Assembly (NCBI GenBank): GCA_018968925.1
Contig: JAGWZI010000002.1
Location: 1 to 48,739 of the forward strand
DNA from: Patescibacteria group bacterium
GTDB taxonomy: Bacteria; Patescibacteriota; Minisyncoccia; Phycocordibacterales; GWA1-40-21
Direction of reading: 5' to 3'
Length of the DNA: 48,739 nucleotides
The first letter of the stretch is position 1, and each line of letters starts with the position of its first letter. The position numbers were made by a program, and so were the translations under genes. Positions 1-10,545 of this stretch are shown here, piece after piece. The notes under the pieces are model-generated. The model searched no databases. It was given only the letters and a program-made list of their open reading frames with translations, and was not told the origin of the DNA.

Positions 1-48
1 CCTCGAGCACGCAGTAAGAAACATTATCACTTTAATCCATCGAACAGT

Positions 49-948
49 ATGAAAACATCACGAAACATCCTTGCGGTCGCGACAGTGTTCGCTCTTGTCG
101 CGCCGTTCGCCGCTTCGGCGCAAATATACGGCGACGTCAACGCAAACATCACGACCTCGGTCGTGAATGCGAGCGCGACGGCGGAATTCCAAGGGTCGTC
201 GAGCACGACACGTGCGGAAATGAGGACCAAGGCCAGTTCGACCCGCGCGGCGAACATGGAAGCGCGCCAGGCGAATATGATGCAGCGGGAAATGACAACC
301 GCCGATACAGAGATCACGAACCGTATCAATTCGCTGAACAACCTGATCGCCAAGGTGAATGCCATGGCGAAAGTCTCGAGCTCGGACAAGGCGAGCATCA
401 CGGCGACGATCCAGGCAGAAATCAACGCGATGACGTCGCTCAAGGCGAAAGTCGATGCCGACACCGGGACGACCACGCTTCGCACCGATCTGAAATCCAT
501 CACCGGCGATTACCGCGTCTACGCGCTCGTCGAGCCGCAGATAGCGATCCTCGCCGCAGCGGACAGGATCAACCAGATCGTTTCGCTCATGACCACAGTT
601 GAAACCAAGATCAACGCGAGGATCGCGGCCCTGCAATCGGCCGGAATCGATGTGTCCGCCTTCGCTTCGACGACCGCCGACATTTCGGCAAAGCTCGGCG
701 ATGCCGGCGTGCAGTCGTCCGCCGCGGTCAGCGCGACCGCATCATTGACTCCTGATCAGGGCAATGCGACCGTCGCCGCTTCCAATGCCGCGGCGCTCAA
801 AACCGGCAGAGCCGACATCAAGGCCGGCAATGCCGACTTGCAGGCTGTGCGAAGAGACATGGAAGCCGCGATCATCGGGATCAGGAAAATCACGCCGCGC
901 GGCGGACTCCACGCGACGACGACCGCATCAACCACGGTCAACCAATAA
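49..948 (+). CDS. Secreted Ala/Thr/Ser-rich helical (coiled-coil) hypothetical protein
   Basis: Signal peptide (MKTSRNILAVATVFALVAPFAASA), long amphipathic helical segments, followed by a terminator. Confidence 0.8.
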   Translation: MKTSRNILAVATVFALVAPFAASAQIYGDVNANITTSVVNASATAEFQGSSSTTRAEMRTKASSTRAANMEARQANMMQREMTTADTEITNRINSLNNLIAKVNAMAKVSSSDKASITATIQAEINAMTSLKAKVDADTGTTTLRTDLKSITGDYRVYALVEPQIAILAAADRINQIVSLMTTVETKINARIAALQSAGIDVSAFASTTADISAKLGDAGVQSSAAVSATASLTPDQGNATVAASNAAALKTGRADIKAGNADLQAVRRDMEAAIIGIRKITPRGGLHATTTASTTVNQ

Positions 949-970
949 CGGAAAATAAAAAAATATTCCA

Positions 971-1003
971 GCAAAAAAATCCGCTTCCCGCGGATTTTTT
1001 TGC
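971..1003. terminator. Intrinsic terminator hairpin
   Basis: gcaaaaaaatccgc-ttccc-gcggatttttttgc, perfect 14-bp inverted repeat after the ORF. Confidence 0.75.
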
Positions 1004-1039
1004 ATGCGCAATGCCGCAACAACATGCTATACTTTTTGC

Positions 1040-2209
1040 ATGGAACGCAAACGGGTATTCGGCATTGAACAGGACGTCTTCCTGCTCGGTTTGACGAGCT
1101 TCTTCAACGATTTTTCCTCCGAAATGATCTTGTCGGTCATGCCGGCGTTCTTCATTTCCGTCCTTCGATCGGGCGCGGAATCGCTCGGCATCGTCGAAGG
1201 CATCGCCGAAGCGGCGTCTGACTTCATGAAAATATATTCCGGGAAGCTCGCCGACAGGATCGGCCGGAAGAAGATCTTCGCGGTTATCGGCTATTCGCTC
1301 TCGGTTGCCACCCGGCCGTTCTACCTGCTTGTGCAAAACGTCGGCGGCGTCATCGGCCTGCGCATCACCGACCGCCTCGGCAAAGGTTTGCGCGATTCGC
1401 CGCGCGACGCCCTCATCCGCGCGTCCGTGCCGGCCGGCGAAATGGGGAAATCGTTCGGCTACCACCGCACGATGGATACGATCGGCGCCATCGCGGGACC
1501 GCTTGTCGCGTACCTTGTCCTTCTTCGCAATCCGCACGCTTTCAATACGGTGTTCGTGACCGCATTCGTGATCGGCATTGCCGCCGTGGCAAGCCTTGCG
1601 GTCGTATCAGACGTAAAAATGATCGCCGCAACGCGCGCGGCGGACGCGAAAATCGGCTATCGTATGCCGCGCGGGTTCAAACGCTATCTTGCGGCGCTCT
1701 TTATCTTGTCTGTCGGATCATTGCCGACAGCGGTACTTTTGTTCAAGACCGCCGATCTCGGTCTCATGATCGCCTCCATTCCGCTTTTCTACATGATCTA
1801 TAATGTCTCGTACGCCGTTTTCTCCCTGCCGGCGGGAAGTCTCGGCGACCGGGTCGGCAAGCGGAAGGTGATCTTCGCCGGATATGCGTTCCTGATCGTG
1901 GGCTATCTCGTCTTGACCGTATCGCATACCGTGATGGTGCTTGTCGCCGGATTCCTGCTCGCCGGCATGCAGGCGGCGCTCACCGACGGCACGCAACGGG
2001 CGTACGCGGCTGAGCTCGTCGATGCCGAACATGCGGCAAGCTCGTACGGATATCTGAATGCGGTCATCGGCATCGGCTCGCTCGTATCCGGCATTCTCGG
2101 CGGTTACCTCTGGCAACATGCGGGAGATAACGAAACGCTCGTCATCGCGGCGCTCGTCATCGCGGCTGGTCTTGCCGCATTCGCCGTGATAAAACCCCGC
2201 ACCGCATAA
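1040..2209 (+). CDS. MFS transporter
   Basis: About 12 hydrophobic segments; MFS motif A twice (GKLADRIGRK, GSLGDRVGKR); start set at ATG 1040, 6 nt after TATACT. Confidence 0.9.
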   Translation: MERKRVFGIEQDVFLLGLTSFFNDFSSEMILSVMPAFFISVLRSGAESLGIVEGIAEAASDFMKIYSGKLADRIGRKKIFAVIGYSLSVATRPFYLLVQNVGGVIGLRITDRLGKGLRDSPRDALIRASVPAGEMGKSFGYHRTMDTIGAIAGPLVAYLVLLRNPHAFNTVFVTAFVIGIAAVASLAVVSDVKMIAATRAADAKIGYRMPRGFKRYLAALFILSVGSLPTAVLLFKTADLGLMIASIPLFYMIYNVSYAVFSLPAGSLGDRVGKRKVIFAGYAFLIVGYLVLTVSHTVMVLVAGFLLAGMQAALTDGTQRAYAAELVDAEHAASSYGYLNAVIGIGSLVSGILGGYLWQHAGDNETLVIAALVIAAGLAAFAVIKPRTA

Positions 2210-2224
2210 GGCGCGATTTCGTAT
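2198..2224 (+). promoter_or_regulatory. Putative ECF-sigma promoter (CGCACC-N16-CGTAT)
   Basis: Directly upstream of the ECF sigma gene; motif recurs at 2807 and 11793. Confidence 0.55.
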
Positions 2225-2240
2225 TATTTCGATACGGCAC

Positions 2241-2846
2241 ATGCACGACATGCTCCCATACACCGACGAAGAACTCGTCATCAGATACCGGGAAGGAAAC
2301 GATGAAGCGTTCACCGCGCTCGTCGACCGCTACCTGAAGCCGGCGTACAATTTCAGCATCCGCCTCGGCGCGCCGGCGCGGGATGCCGAGGAAATCGTGC
2401 AGGAAAGCTTCGTCAAGCTCTGGAAAAACATCGATTCGTTCCGTGCAGGCGAAAAATTCAAGACATGGTTCTATACGATCGTGCGCAACGCGACGATCGA
2501 TGTGATGCGACGGAAACGGCATGTCCTGCTGTCCGCCTTCGAAGACGAGGAAGGGAATAATCCCGTCGCGGAACGTCTCGTTGACGAGGAAAAGCTCGCG
2601 CACGAGATCTTCGAATCGGCGGAAAACGCCGCGGCAGTCGAACAGCTCGTCGGCGAATTGCCGGACAAATACCGCGCCGTCGTCGTCCTGCGGTATCGCG
2701 AAGAAATGGAATTCGAGGAGATCGGCAAGATCCTGAAAAAACCGCTCAACACGGTCAAAAGCCAGCATCGCCGGGCGCTGATCGCTTTGCGGAAAAAGAT
2801 GAGCGATGCACCGAAAAACCGGCGACCGACGTATGAACCGTCATGA
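2241..2846 (+). CDS. ECF-family RNA polymerase sigma factor
   Basis: Region 2 (DAEEIVQESFVKLWKN, FKTWFYTIVRN) and region 4 (LPDKYRAVVVLRY...EEIGKIL...NTVKS). Confidence 0.93.
   Translation: MHDMLPYTDEELVIRYREGNDEAFTALVDRYLKPAYNFSIRLGAPARDAEEIVQESFVKLWKNIDSFRAGEKFKTWFYTIVRNATIDVMRRKRHVLLSAFEDEEGNNPVAERLVDEEKLAHEIFESAENAAAVEQLVGELPDKYRAVVVLRYREEMEFEEIGKILKKPLNTVKSQHRRALIALRKKMSDAPKNRRPTYEPS
2807..2834 (+). promoter_or_regulatory. Putative ECF-sigma promoter (TGCACC-N17-CGTAT) inside the sigma 3' end
   Basis: Ends 8 nt before the ATG at 2843. Confidence 0.55.
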
Positions 2847-3223
2847 ACAATGCTGCCTGGCATGATATCGATCCGCCCGCAGGGTTGAAAAGTCTCGTGA
2901 TCGCCCGCGTCGACGCCGCGATCATACGGCGGAACGCGACACGGAAATTCGTCGGCATCGGCACGTTCGTTGCGTCCTTTGCCGCGCTTTCGTACTGTAT
3001 CGTCATCCTTATCCAAGAAATCGGGAAATCCGGATTCTCGACATACGCATCGCTCGCTTTCACGGACAGCAAGCTTGTCCTCGCGAATTTTGGCCAGTTC
3101 GCGCTTTCGCTCGCCGACTCTTTGCCCGTAGCCGCTTTGACGCTCGCTCTTGCCGCATTTCTTGCCGTTCTCGCCGCCGCCAGGTACCTGGCGAACAGCA
3201 AAACGGTCATACAATACGCATAA
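2843..3223 (+). CDS. Small membrane protein, putative anti-sigma factor
   Basis: ATGA overlap with the sigma stop; short cytoplasmic N-terminus plus two hydrophobic segments. Confidence 0.65.
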   Translation: MNNAAWHDIDPPAGLKSLVIARVDAAIIRRNATRKFVGIGTFVASFAALSYCIVILIQEIGKSGFSTYASLAFTDSKLVLANFGQFALSLADSLPVAALTLALAAFLAVLAAARYLANSKTVIQYA

Positions 3224-3251
3224 TTATTCGTCATACATAATTGCACATGCC

Positions 3252-3716
3252 ATGGAAGAATTGAAGAATATCGTCCGGTCGCGAGCGTTCAAGACAACCC
3301 TGTTTGCGATCTTCGGCATCATCGTCGTCATGATCGCATTTCAGGCGGGCGTGTATGTCGGGACGGAACGGGCGGGATTCGCCGACAGGATCGGCGAGCG
3401 CTATTTCCGCACGCTCGAAGGAAGGAATATGGGCGTCATGATGACCGGTAATTTCGACAACGCGCACGGCACCGCGGGAACGGTCGTCTCGGTCAAATTA
3501 CCATTCGCCGTCATCAATGATCGCTCGGGCATTGAAAAGACGGTCGAAATATCAAGCTCGACCGCCATTCGCGACGCCGACGGAGACGAAGCGGCGAGCG
3601 CCGTCGCGGTCGGCGATTTTATTGTCGCCTTCGGCTCGCCGGCGTCGGCATCGTCGTCCGATGCGGTGCTTGTCGCGCGCCTCATCCGCATCCTGCCGCC
3701 TCCGCCCGCGAATTAA
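3252..3716 (+). CDS. Membrane-anchored hypothetical protein with beta-rich C-terminal domain
   Basis: One N-terminal TM; GTVVSV...VGDFIVAFG...ARLIRILP; in operon context. Confidence 0.75.
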   Translation: MEELKNIVRSRAFKTTLFAIFGIIVVMIAFQAGVYVGTERAGFADRIGERYFRTLEGRNMGVMMTGNFDNAHGTAGTVVSVKLPFAVINDRSGIEKTVEISSSTAIRDADGDEAASAVAVGDFIVAFGSPASASSSDAVLVARLIRILPPPPAN

Positions 3717-3742
3717 TCCACATAAATCACTTTTGAAAAAAT

Positions 3743-5707
3743 ATGAATACCGCCGCTTCCGCCAAGCCTGAGACTCGCTGGCAAAAAATGAGAAATTTCG
3801 CATCGGCCCATAAACCGCTCACGATCGTCTCGTGCATCGTCGTCGTGTTCATCGCCGCGGCGGTCGTCGGCAGGGGAGGATCGGCAAGCGCCACAACGTA
3901 CGCCTTCGGACGCGTCACGCGCGGCGACCTTGCGGTGACGGTATCGGGTTCGGGACAGGTCTCCACGCTGAGCCAGGTCTCCATCAAACCGCAAACGGTC
4001 GGCCAAGCGCAGACGCTCGGCCAAATCGTTTCGGTCAACGTGAAGAACGGCGACTTCGTGAAAAAAGGTCAGGTCATCGCGGTGCTCGACGGACAGAATG
4101 CCTTGCAAACGTTAAACCAAGCAAAGGCGTCCGTCGAAAGCGCGCAGGCAAGCTATAACAAGCTCGTCAACGGCCCGACGGCGTCCGAATTGCAATCGTT
4201 CCAAAACAACGTCCAATCGGATGAGACGGCGCTTGTGAACGATGCGCAAAATGCGATCATCCTTCTCGAGAGCACCTACGCGTCGATCGCGAACTCGGTC
4301 TTCATCAACACCGACCCTTTCTACGAAAACGTGACCGGCGTCAATCCGGCGCTCGATGTCTCAGGCGTCAATTTCACGAATCAGACGCTTCAGCATGCGG
4401 TCGAAAGCGAACGCGGAGCGCTCGGAGCAGCCCTTTCCGCATGGGACGCAGAAGTGAATACAGCGGCAAGCTCGACGCAAGACGCCGCATCATCGACCGA
4501 AATCCTGCTGTCCGACTCGCTCAGCTACCTCAATCAGATCCGGCAGTATTTTGACGACATGACGTCGCTCTTCTCGCTCTATGCGGTCGCAGACGGATCG
4601 TCCGGAGCTTCGACCCTCTCGTTGGACAAATCAGCCGCGACCGCCGCGCTTTCGGGTGTCAATTCGTCCATCAGTTCGATCACGTCGTCGCTCCAGTCGT
4701 ACCAGAATGCCGTGACCAAGCTTGCGAACGATCAGCAATCCCTCGCATTCGAGACCGCACCGGCGAATCCCGACGATGTGACCGTATCGAAATCCCAGCT
4801 CGACAATGCGACGGCAAACCTCGCGAACGCCGAAACAAATTACGCTTCGCGCATCATCACCGCGCCGTTCGACGGGCAGATCGGGGGGCTCAACGCCCAG
4901 ATCGGCCAGCAGGTCTCGTCGTCCGATTCGCTCGGCACGCTCATCACCGCCGCGCAGGTCGTAAACGTAACGCTCAACGAAGTCGATGCGGCAAAAGTCG
5001 CGGGCGGTGATCCGGTCACCGTCACGTTCGATGCCGTGCCGAACCTGACCATCCAGGGCCACGTCAACTATGTCGATCCGCTCGGCACCGTCTCGCAAGG
5101 CGTTGTGAGCTACGGCGTCCAGGTTTCGCTCGACGAGCAATCAGGCGCGATCAAGACCGGCATGACGGCAACGGCAAACATCACCGTAGCCGATCATCCC
5201 GGAGCGCTCATGGTGCCGACGTCCGCCGTCAAGACGTCCGGCAATACGACGTACGTCCTCGTGGCGGATATCTCGACATCGAGCCTTCGCAGCATGCTCG
5301 GATTCGGCTCGTCGACGCGCGCATTCTCCTCATCGACATTCCAGGGTTTCCGCAATTCCTCTTCGACTTTCGCTTCAACGAGCGGCGGCTTTCCGGCAAG
5401 CTCGACACGGATGCGCGGCACGGGCGGCATGAACGCATCTATCGAGTTTCCGGCCGGTTCCGAACCGCAGGTCACGGAAGTGCCGGTGACGATCGGCATT
5501 GCGAATGCGACGGAAACTGAAATCCTGTCCGGTCTGTCCGAAGGACAGCTCGTCGTCACGCGGACGCTGACCGGCTCGGCGGTTTCGACTGCAAAATCCG
5601 CAGCGACGCAGGCGACGAGCCGCAATTTCGGCGGCGCGGGAGGCGCGATCCGCATCGGCGGAGGCTTCGGCGGCGGCGCGGTCGGCGCATTCACCGGCGG
5701 GCGGTAA
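3743..5707 (+). CDS. Membrane fusion/adaptor protein (MacA/YknX-like) with long helical insert
   Basis: N-terminal TM; lipoyl half motifs VKNGDFVKKGQVIAVLD and ITAPFDGQI; IKTGMTA; VPTSAV; EILSGLSEG. Confidence 0.9.
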   Translation: MNTAASAKPETRWQKMRNFASAHKPLTIVSCIVVVFIAAAVVGRGGSASATTYAFGRVTRGDLAVTVSGSGQVSTLSQVSIKPQTVGQAQTLGQIVSVNVKNGDFVKKGQVIAVLDGQNALQTLNQAKASVESAQASYNKLVNGPTASELQSFQNNVQSDETALVNDAQNAIILLESTYASIANSVFINTDPFYENVTGVNPALDVSGVNFTNQTLQHAVESERGALGAALSAWDAEVNTAASSTQDAASSTEILLSDSLSYLNQIRQYFDDMTSLFSLYAVADGSSGASTLSLDKSAATAALSGVNSSISSITSSLQSYQNAVTKLANDQQSLAFETAPANPDDVTVSKSQLDNATANLANAETNYASRIITAPFDGQIGGLNAQIGQQVSSSDSLGTLITAAQVVNVTLNEVDAAKVAGGDPVTVTFDAVPNLTIQGHVNYVDPLGTVSQGVVSYGVQVSLDEQSGAIKTGMTATANITVADHPGALMVPTSAVKTSGNTTYVLVADISTSSLRSMLGFGSSTRAFSSSTFQGFRNSSSTFASTSGGFPASSTRMRGTGGMNASIEFPAGSEPQVTEVPVTIGIANATETEILSGLSEGQLVVTRTLTGSAVSTAKSAATQATSRNFGGAGGAIRIGGGFGGGAVGAFTGGR

Positions 5708-5713
5708 ACGAGC

Positions 5714-6421
5714 ATGATCGAGATCAAAAACATCACAAAAACGTACGTCAACGGCGATTCCGAGACGCACGCGCTCCGCGGCGTAACGTTTACCATCGCG
5801 GACGGCGAATTCGTCGCCATCATGGGCCCGTCCGGTTCGGGTAAATCGACCCTGATGCACATTCTGGGCGCCCTCGATACGCCGACGTCCGGCACGTATT
5901 TTCTCGATCGGCATGACGTCTCCAAGCTTTCCGACGACGAGCTTGCCGACATCCGCGGCAAGAAGATCGGTTTCGTCTTTCAGCAATTCAACCTTTTGAA
6001 ACGCACGACGGTACTGCGCAATGTCGTCTTGCCGCTCGTCTATCAGCACGTGCCGCCCGCGGAACGCGAAGTGCAGGCGGAAAAATCGCTTCGATCGGCC
6101 GGCCTCGAGGAAGATCGCTGGACGCACCTGTCGAACCAGCTCTCCGGCGGCCAGATCCAGCGCGTCGCCATCGCCCGCGCGCTCGTCAACGATCCGTCGC
6201 TCATCATGGCCGACGAACCGACCGGCAACCTCGATACGCGCACGGGCGAAATCGTCCTCGGCACGTTCCAGGAACTGAACAAGAAAGAAGGCCACACGAT
6301 CGTCCTTATCACCCACGAACAGGATGTCGCCGAACACGCCGACCGCATCATCCACATCCGCGACGGGCTCATCGTCTCCGACAGCGCAAACCATACGAAA
6401 CGCATCGCCAAAACAAGCTAA
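5714..6421 (+). CDS. ABC transporter ATP-binding protein (MacB/LolD-like)
   Basis: Walker A GPSGSGKST, signature LSGGQ, Walker B IMADEPTGNLD, H-loop ITHE. Confidence 0.95.
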   Translation: MIEIKNITKTYVNGDSETHALRGVTFTIADGEFVAIMGPSGSGKSTLMHILGALDTPTSGTYFLDRHDVSKLSDDELADIRGKKIGFVFQQFNLLKRTTVLRNVVLPLVYQHVPPAEREVQAEKSLRSAGLEEDRWTHLSNQLSGGQIQRVAIARALVNDPSLIMADEPTGNLDTRTGEIVLGTFQELNKKEGHTIVLITHEQDVAEHADRIIHIRDGLIVSDSANHTKRIAKTS

Positions 6422-6425
6422 TCCC

Positions 6426-7652
6426 ATGACATTCTCCGATCTCAGCCATGAAACCGCATCGGCGCTTCTCGCGAACAAGGTGAGAACCGCGCTTACCATG
6501 CTCGGCATCGTCATCGGCATCGCGTCCGTCATCGCCATGCTCGCCATCGGCACGGGCGCGTCGGCATCGATCCAGTCGTCCATCCAATCGATCGGCTCGA
6601 ATCTCGTCATTGTCACGCCGGCTGCCCAGCGGAACGCGGGCAGCATCGTGTCGACCGGCAGGGGAACGGCAAATTCCCTTACCATGGACGATGCGAACGC
6701 GATCGCAAGCGATGTGACAAGCGCGAAAGCCGTCGCACCCGACGTCACGACGCGCGGCAAACAGGTCGTGGCCGGCGGCAATAACACCAATACGACGGTC
6801 ATCGGCACCGTGCCGGCATATCTCGATGTGCGCAATTTTTCCGTCAACGACGGCTCGTTTTTCACCGACGCCGACGTGACCGAACTGTCCCGCGTTGCCA
6901 TCCTCGGTCCGACGACCGCGAGCGATCTCTTTGCCACGGGCACCGAGCCCGTGGGGCAGACGGTCCGCATCGCGGGCAACATCTTCACCGTCATCGGCGT
7001 CATGAAATCGAAAGGCGGCTCGGGCTTCAACAATCCGGACGATGCCGTTTACATTCCGATCACCGTCGCCCAGCAGTATCTCTCCGGCAACCGTTACGTT
7101 TCGGAAATCAGCATCGAGGCGGCATCGCCCGACCTCGTCACCGACGCCCAGAACCAGGCGACGTCGCTCCTGTTGGCGCGGCATAACATTTCCGATCCGA
7201 CGCAGGCAGATTTCAGCACCATCAACCAGTCGGATATTCTTTCGACCGCGTCATCCGTCACCTCCACCCTCACGTATCTGCTTGCCGCGATCGCCGGCAT
7301 CTCGCTTCTCGTCGGCGGCATCGGCATCATGAACATGATGCTGACCACCGTCACGGAACGCACGAAAGAGATCGGCCTGCGCAAAGCGATCGGCGCGAAA
7401 AAACGCGATATCCGTCTCCAGTTCCTCTTTGAATCCGTCGCCATGACGACGATCGGCGGAGTCGTCGGCATCGTTTTGGGCATTGGCATCGCATTCGCTC
7501 TCTCGCTCACCGGCGCTGTCAAGGCGGAAGTGACGGTCTTTCCGATCATCCTGTCTTTCAGCGTTTCGGCGATCATCGGCATCGCCTTCGGCTACTATCC
7601 GGCCGCCCGCGCATCGGATCTGAATCCGATCGACGCCTTGCGGTACGAATAG
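6426..7652 (+). CDS. ABC transporter permease (MacB/FtsX family)
   Basis: RTALTMLGIVIG; VGGIGIMNMM...TERTKEIGLRKAIGA; C-terminal PIDALRYE. Confidence 0.93.
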   Translation: MTFSDLSHETASALLANKVRTALTMLGIVIGIASVIAMLAIGTGASASIQSSIQSIGSNLVIVTPAAQRNAGSIVSTGRGTANSLTMDDANAIASDVTSAKAVAPDVTTRGKQVVAGGNNTNTTVIGTVPAYLDVRNFSVNDGSFFTDADVTELSRVAILGPTTASDLFATGTEPVGQTVRIAGNIFTVIGVMKSKGGSGFNNPDDAVYIPITVAQQYLSGNRYVSEISIEAASPDLVTDAQNQATSLLLARHNISDPTQADFSTINQSDILSTASSVTSTLTYLLAAIAGISLLVGGIGIMNMMLTTVTERTKEIGLRKAIGAKKRDIRLQFLFESVAMTTIGGVVGIVLGIGIAFALSLTGAVKAEVTVFPIILSFSVSAIIGIAFGYYPAARASDLNPIDALRYE

Positions 7653-7683
7653 GCAAATATTTTCATAATGTTAGAATGTCGTC

Positions 7684-10545
7684 ATGACATTCGAGGAGCG
7701 GTATCGGGGGCTCAATGCCGCCCAAAAACGGGCGGTTGACGCGATCGAGGGGCCGGTCATGGTCATCGCGGGACCGGGCACCGGCAAGACGACCATTTTG
7801 ACGATGCGGATCGCGAACATACTGCTTCGCACCGACACGCCGCCGTCCGGCATCCTCGCCATCACGTATACCTCGGCAGGCGTAAAAGCCGTGCGCGAGA
7901 ACCTCCGGAATATCATCGGCGGCCGCGCAGATGAAGTCGCCATTCATACCTTCCATGATTTTGCCTCGGCGATGATGGCCGAATATCAGGATCACTTCCT
8001 CCATATGAAAGACGCGCGCCCGGCGTCTGATGTCGAAACAGAATCGCTCATCCGCGATATTCTCATTGAGCCGGAATTTGCCGAGCTGCGGCCCGCAGGC
8101 AGGCCGGACGCGTTTCTCGAAGGCATCATCCGTTCGATCGACGAAGCCAAGCGCGACGCCTTGACGCCCGACATGGTCGCGTCGTTCGCCGCGGAAAAGA
8201 TCGAGAAAATAAAAAACGACGAATCGTCGATTTCAACGAGAGGGAAGAGCAAGGGACAGCTCAAGACCGACGCGCTCGAACAGATAGGGAAATGCGAGCG
8301 GACGAAGCTCTTCGCCGGCGCGTATGCGGAGTATGAAAAAAGGAAGCGGGAAAAGAAGATGTTGGATTTCAACGATCTCATCATCGAGTTTCTCGCCGTC
8401 CTGCGGACCGATGCGCTCTTCCTGCGGCTCCTCCAAGAGCGTTTTCTCTCCATCCTCGTCGACGAACATCAGGACACGAATGATGCGCAGAACGCGATCG
8501 TCGCCATCCTCGCGGAATTCTTTGACACGCCGAACATCTTCATCGTCGGCGACGAGAAACAGGCGATCTACCGCTTCCAGGGAGCATCCGTCGAGAATTT
8601 CATGCGCCTGCGCGAAAAATATCCCGCGATGCAGGTCATCAATCTCGAGAAAAACTACCGATCGCGCCGGGGCATTCTTGACGCCTCCTTTGCCATGATC
8701 GAGCAGAATTATGCGGGTGACGAGCACGCAGAGCTCCGCATCAGGCTCGAATCGAACCGCGCGGATGAAAGCGATTCCGTAGTCGTTGCCACGGCGGAGA
8801 ATGCGGCCGCGATGGAACAGTATCTTGTCTCAGAACTTCAAAAAATTTCCGCAAACGAGCCGCGGGCGACGGTCGCGGTCATCACCCGCCGCAACCGCGA
8901 GCTCGAGCGGGTCGTGCGTCTCCTCGAGTCCGAAGGCGTCGCGGTATCGTCCGAACGCTCGATCGACATTTTCAAACATCCTGTCGGTGCGATATTTTTT
9001 GACTTGCTCGAATACCTTTCCGACAAGACGCGCCTTGACGCCCTGGCCAAGACCGCGGCCGGCGGGCTCTGGGCCATGCCGCTCTCCGAAGCCGCGGATT
9101 TCGCGCGCACCATCAGGAGCGGCAAGCCCGTCGAGATCGAAGAAAAACTTTCGTCCCTGCAGGAAATTCTCCGGAAAGAATCCGACGATGATCCGATCGG
9201 TTTTCTCATCACCGCCGCCCGCGAATCTGGATTCGCCGATCTCGCCGCCCGCGATCCGGCGTACGTATATGTCTGGCGCGGCATCATGACATTGGCCGAA
9301 ACCTTGGTCCGTGATCGGGCGCTCGTCAGTCCGGACGATCTCATGCGCGCCATGCTCGATTACCGCCGATCCGCGGAATCAAAGGCGATCAAAATCTCGG
9401 TCGGCGCGCCGGACGCCCAGATCCGCGCCATGACCGCGCACGGCTCGAAAGGTCTTGAATTCGATTATGTTTTCCTGCCGTACGCAACCGAGGAAGCGTG
9501 GGTGAGCCGCGCCCGCGGCGCGCATTTCGTTCTGCCGAAAAAACAGGCGGCGCGCGACGACATCCGCGACACGCGCCGCCTGTTCTACGTCGCCTTGACG
9601 CGCGCGAAAGAGCGCGTGACGATCATGATTCCGCTTGAGGAATCCGACGGCACGGCGTTTGTTCCCGTGCGGTTCATCAACGAGCTCGGCACGGATCACG
9701 TCGGCATCGTCCGCCTGCCGCGCGCCGACGTATCCTTGCCGGCGGAAGAAAAAGCCCTGCCTCGCTCGTCCGCCGTCACCGACCTCGCCAAGCACGTGCT
9801 TTTGACATCGGGTCTCTCCGTCACTGCGCTCAATCATTTCCTCGAAAATCCCGCCGATTTTTTGAAAGAAAGCATTTTGAAATTGCCGCAGGCGCCGTCC
9901 GTCCCGTCCGAAAAGGGAAGCGCGATGCATTACGCCTTAGAGCATGTCTGGCAGCTTGAAGAGAAAACGGAAACGAATATCGCCCGGACTCTCGAAGAAA
10001 AAATCATCGAATACGTGAACGAATCCTTCCTGCCGTCGCGCGAGAAGGAGATCGCGAAAAAGGACCTCGTCGCGGACGCGCCGGCCGTCGCACGGGCGCT
10101 CCTGGCGCATTTTCAAACACACGGCATTGTCCGGACGGAATACTGGATCGAATCATTCTTTGAAAGCGCGCCGGACGGAGAAAAAGTGCGCATTCCGCTC
10201 CACGGCAAGCTCGACGCCGTGATCGAAGAGGACGGCATGGTTTCCGTTTTCGACTACAAGACGCGCGAAAGCATGTCGCTCGCCGAGATCCGCGGCGAAA
10301 CGAAGAATTCGAACGGCAATTATCTTCGTCAACTGGCGTTTTATGCCCTCCTCCTCTCCGGCGACCCGCGCTGGCGGATGAAAAAGCGGGAAACGTCGCT
10401 CGTTTTCGTTTCACCCGACAAGAAAGGCCGTTGTCCGATTGTGACCATTCCGATCACTCCGGCGGACATCGAAAAGCTGCGCGGGGAAATAGAGACACTT
10501 ATCGATTTTGTCTGGAGCGGCAAACTGCCGGAATCGGTCTATTGA
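7684..10545 (+). CDS. UvrD/Rep-family SF1 helicase fused to a C-terminal PD-(D/E)xK nuclease domain
   Basis: AGPGTGKT, VDEHQD, VGDEKQAIYRFQGA, NYRS, TAHGSKGLEF, RRLFYVALTRA; C-terminal GKLD...DYKT...QLAFY. Confidence 0.92.
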   Translation: MTFEERYRGLNAAQKRAVDAIEGPVMVIAGPGTGKTTILTMRIANILLRTDTPPSGILAITYTSAGVKAVRENLRNIIGGRADEVAIHTFHDFASAMMAEYQDHFLHMKDARPASDVETESLIRDILIEPEFAELRPAGRPDAFLEGIIRSIDEAKRDALTPDMVASFAAEKIEKIKNDESSISTRGKSKGQLKTDALEQIGKCERTKLFAGAYAEYEKRKREKKMLDFNDLIIEFLAVLRTDALFLRLLQERFLSILVDEHQDTNDAQNAIVAILAEFFDTPNIFIVGDEKQAIYRFQGASVENFMRLREKYPAMQVINLEKNYRSRRGILDASFAMIEQNYAGDEHAELRIRLESNRADESDSVVVATAENAAAMEQYLVSELQKISANEPRATVAVITRRNRELERVVRLLESEGVAVSSERSIDIFKHPVGAIFFDLLEYLSDKTRLDALAKTAAGGLWAMPLSEAADFARTIRSGKPVEIEEKLSSLQEILRKESDDDPIGFLITAARESGFADLAARDPAYVYVWRGIMTLAETLVRDRALVSPDDLMRAMLDYRRSAESKAIKISVGAPDAQIRAMTAHGSKGLEFDYVFLPYATEEAWVSRARGAHFVLPKKQAARDDIRDTRRLFYVALTRAKERVTIMIPLEESDGTAFVPVRFINELGTDHVGIVRLPRADVSLPAEEKALPRSSAVTDLAKHVLLTSGLSVTALNHFLENPADFLKESILKLPQAPSVPSEKGSAMHYALEHVWQLEEKTETNIARTLEEKIIEYVNESFLPSREKEIAKKDLVADAPAVARALLAHFQTHGIVRTEYWIESFFESAPDGEKVRIPLHGKLDAVIEEDGMVSVFDYKTRESMSLAEIRGETKNSNGNYLRQLAFYALLLSGDPRWRMKKRETSLVFVSPDKKGRCPIVTIPITPADIEKLRGEIETLIDFVWSGKLPESVY

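Noticed and set aside
7684..10545. Helicase-nuclease fusion as a novel defence system
   Set aside because: Architecture matches known AddA/AdnAB-like repair enzymes, with host-like GC and no defence-type neighbours
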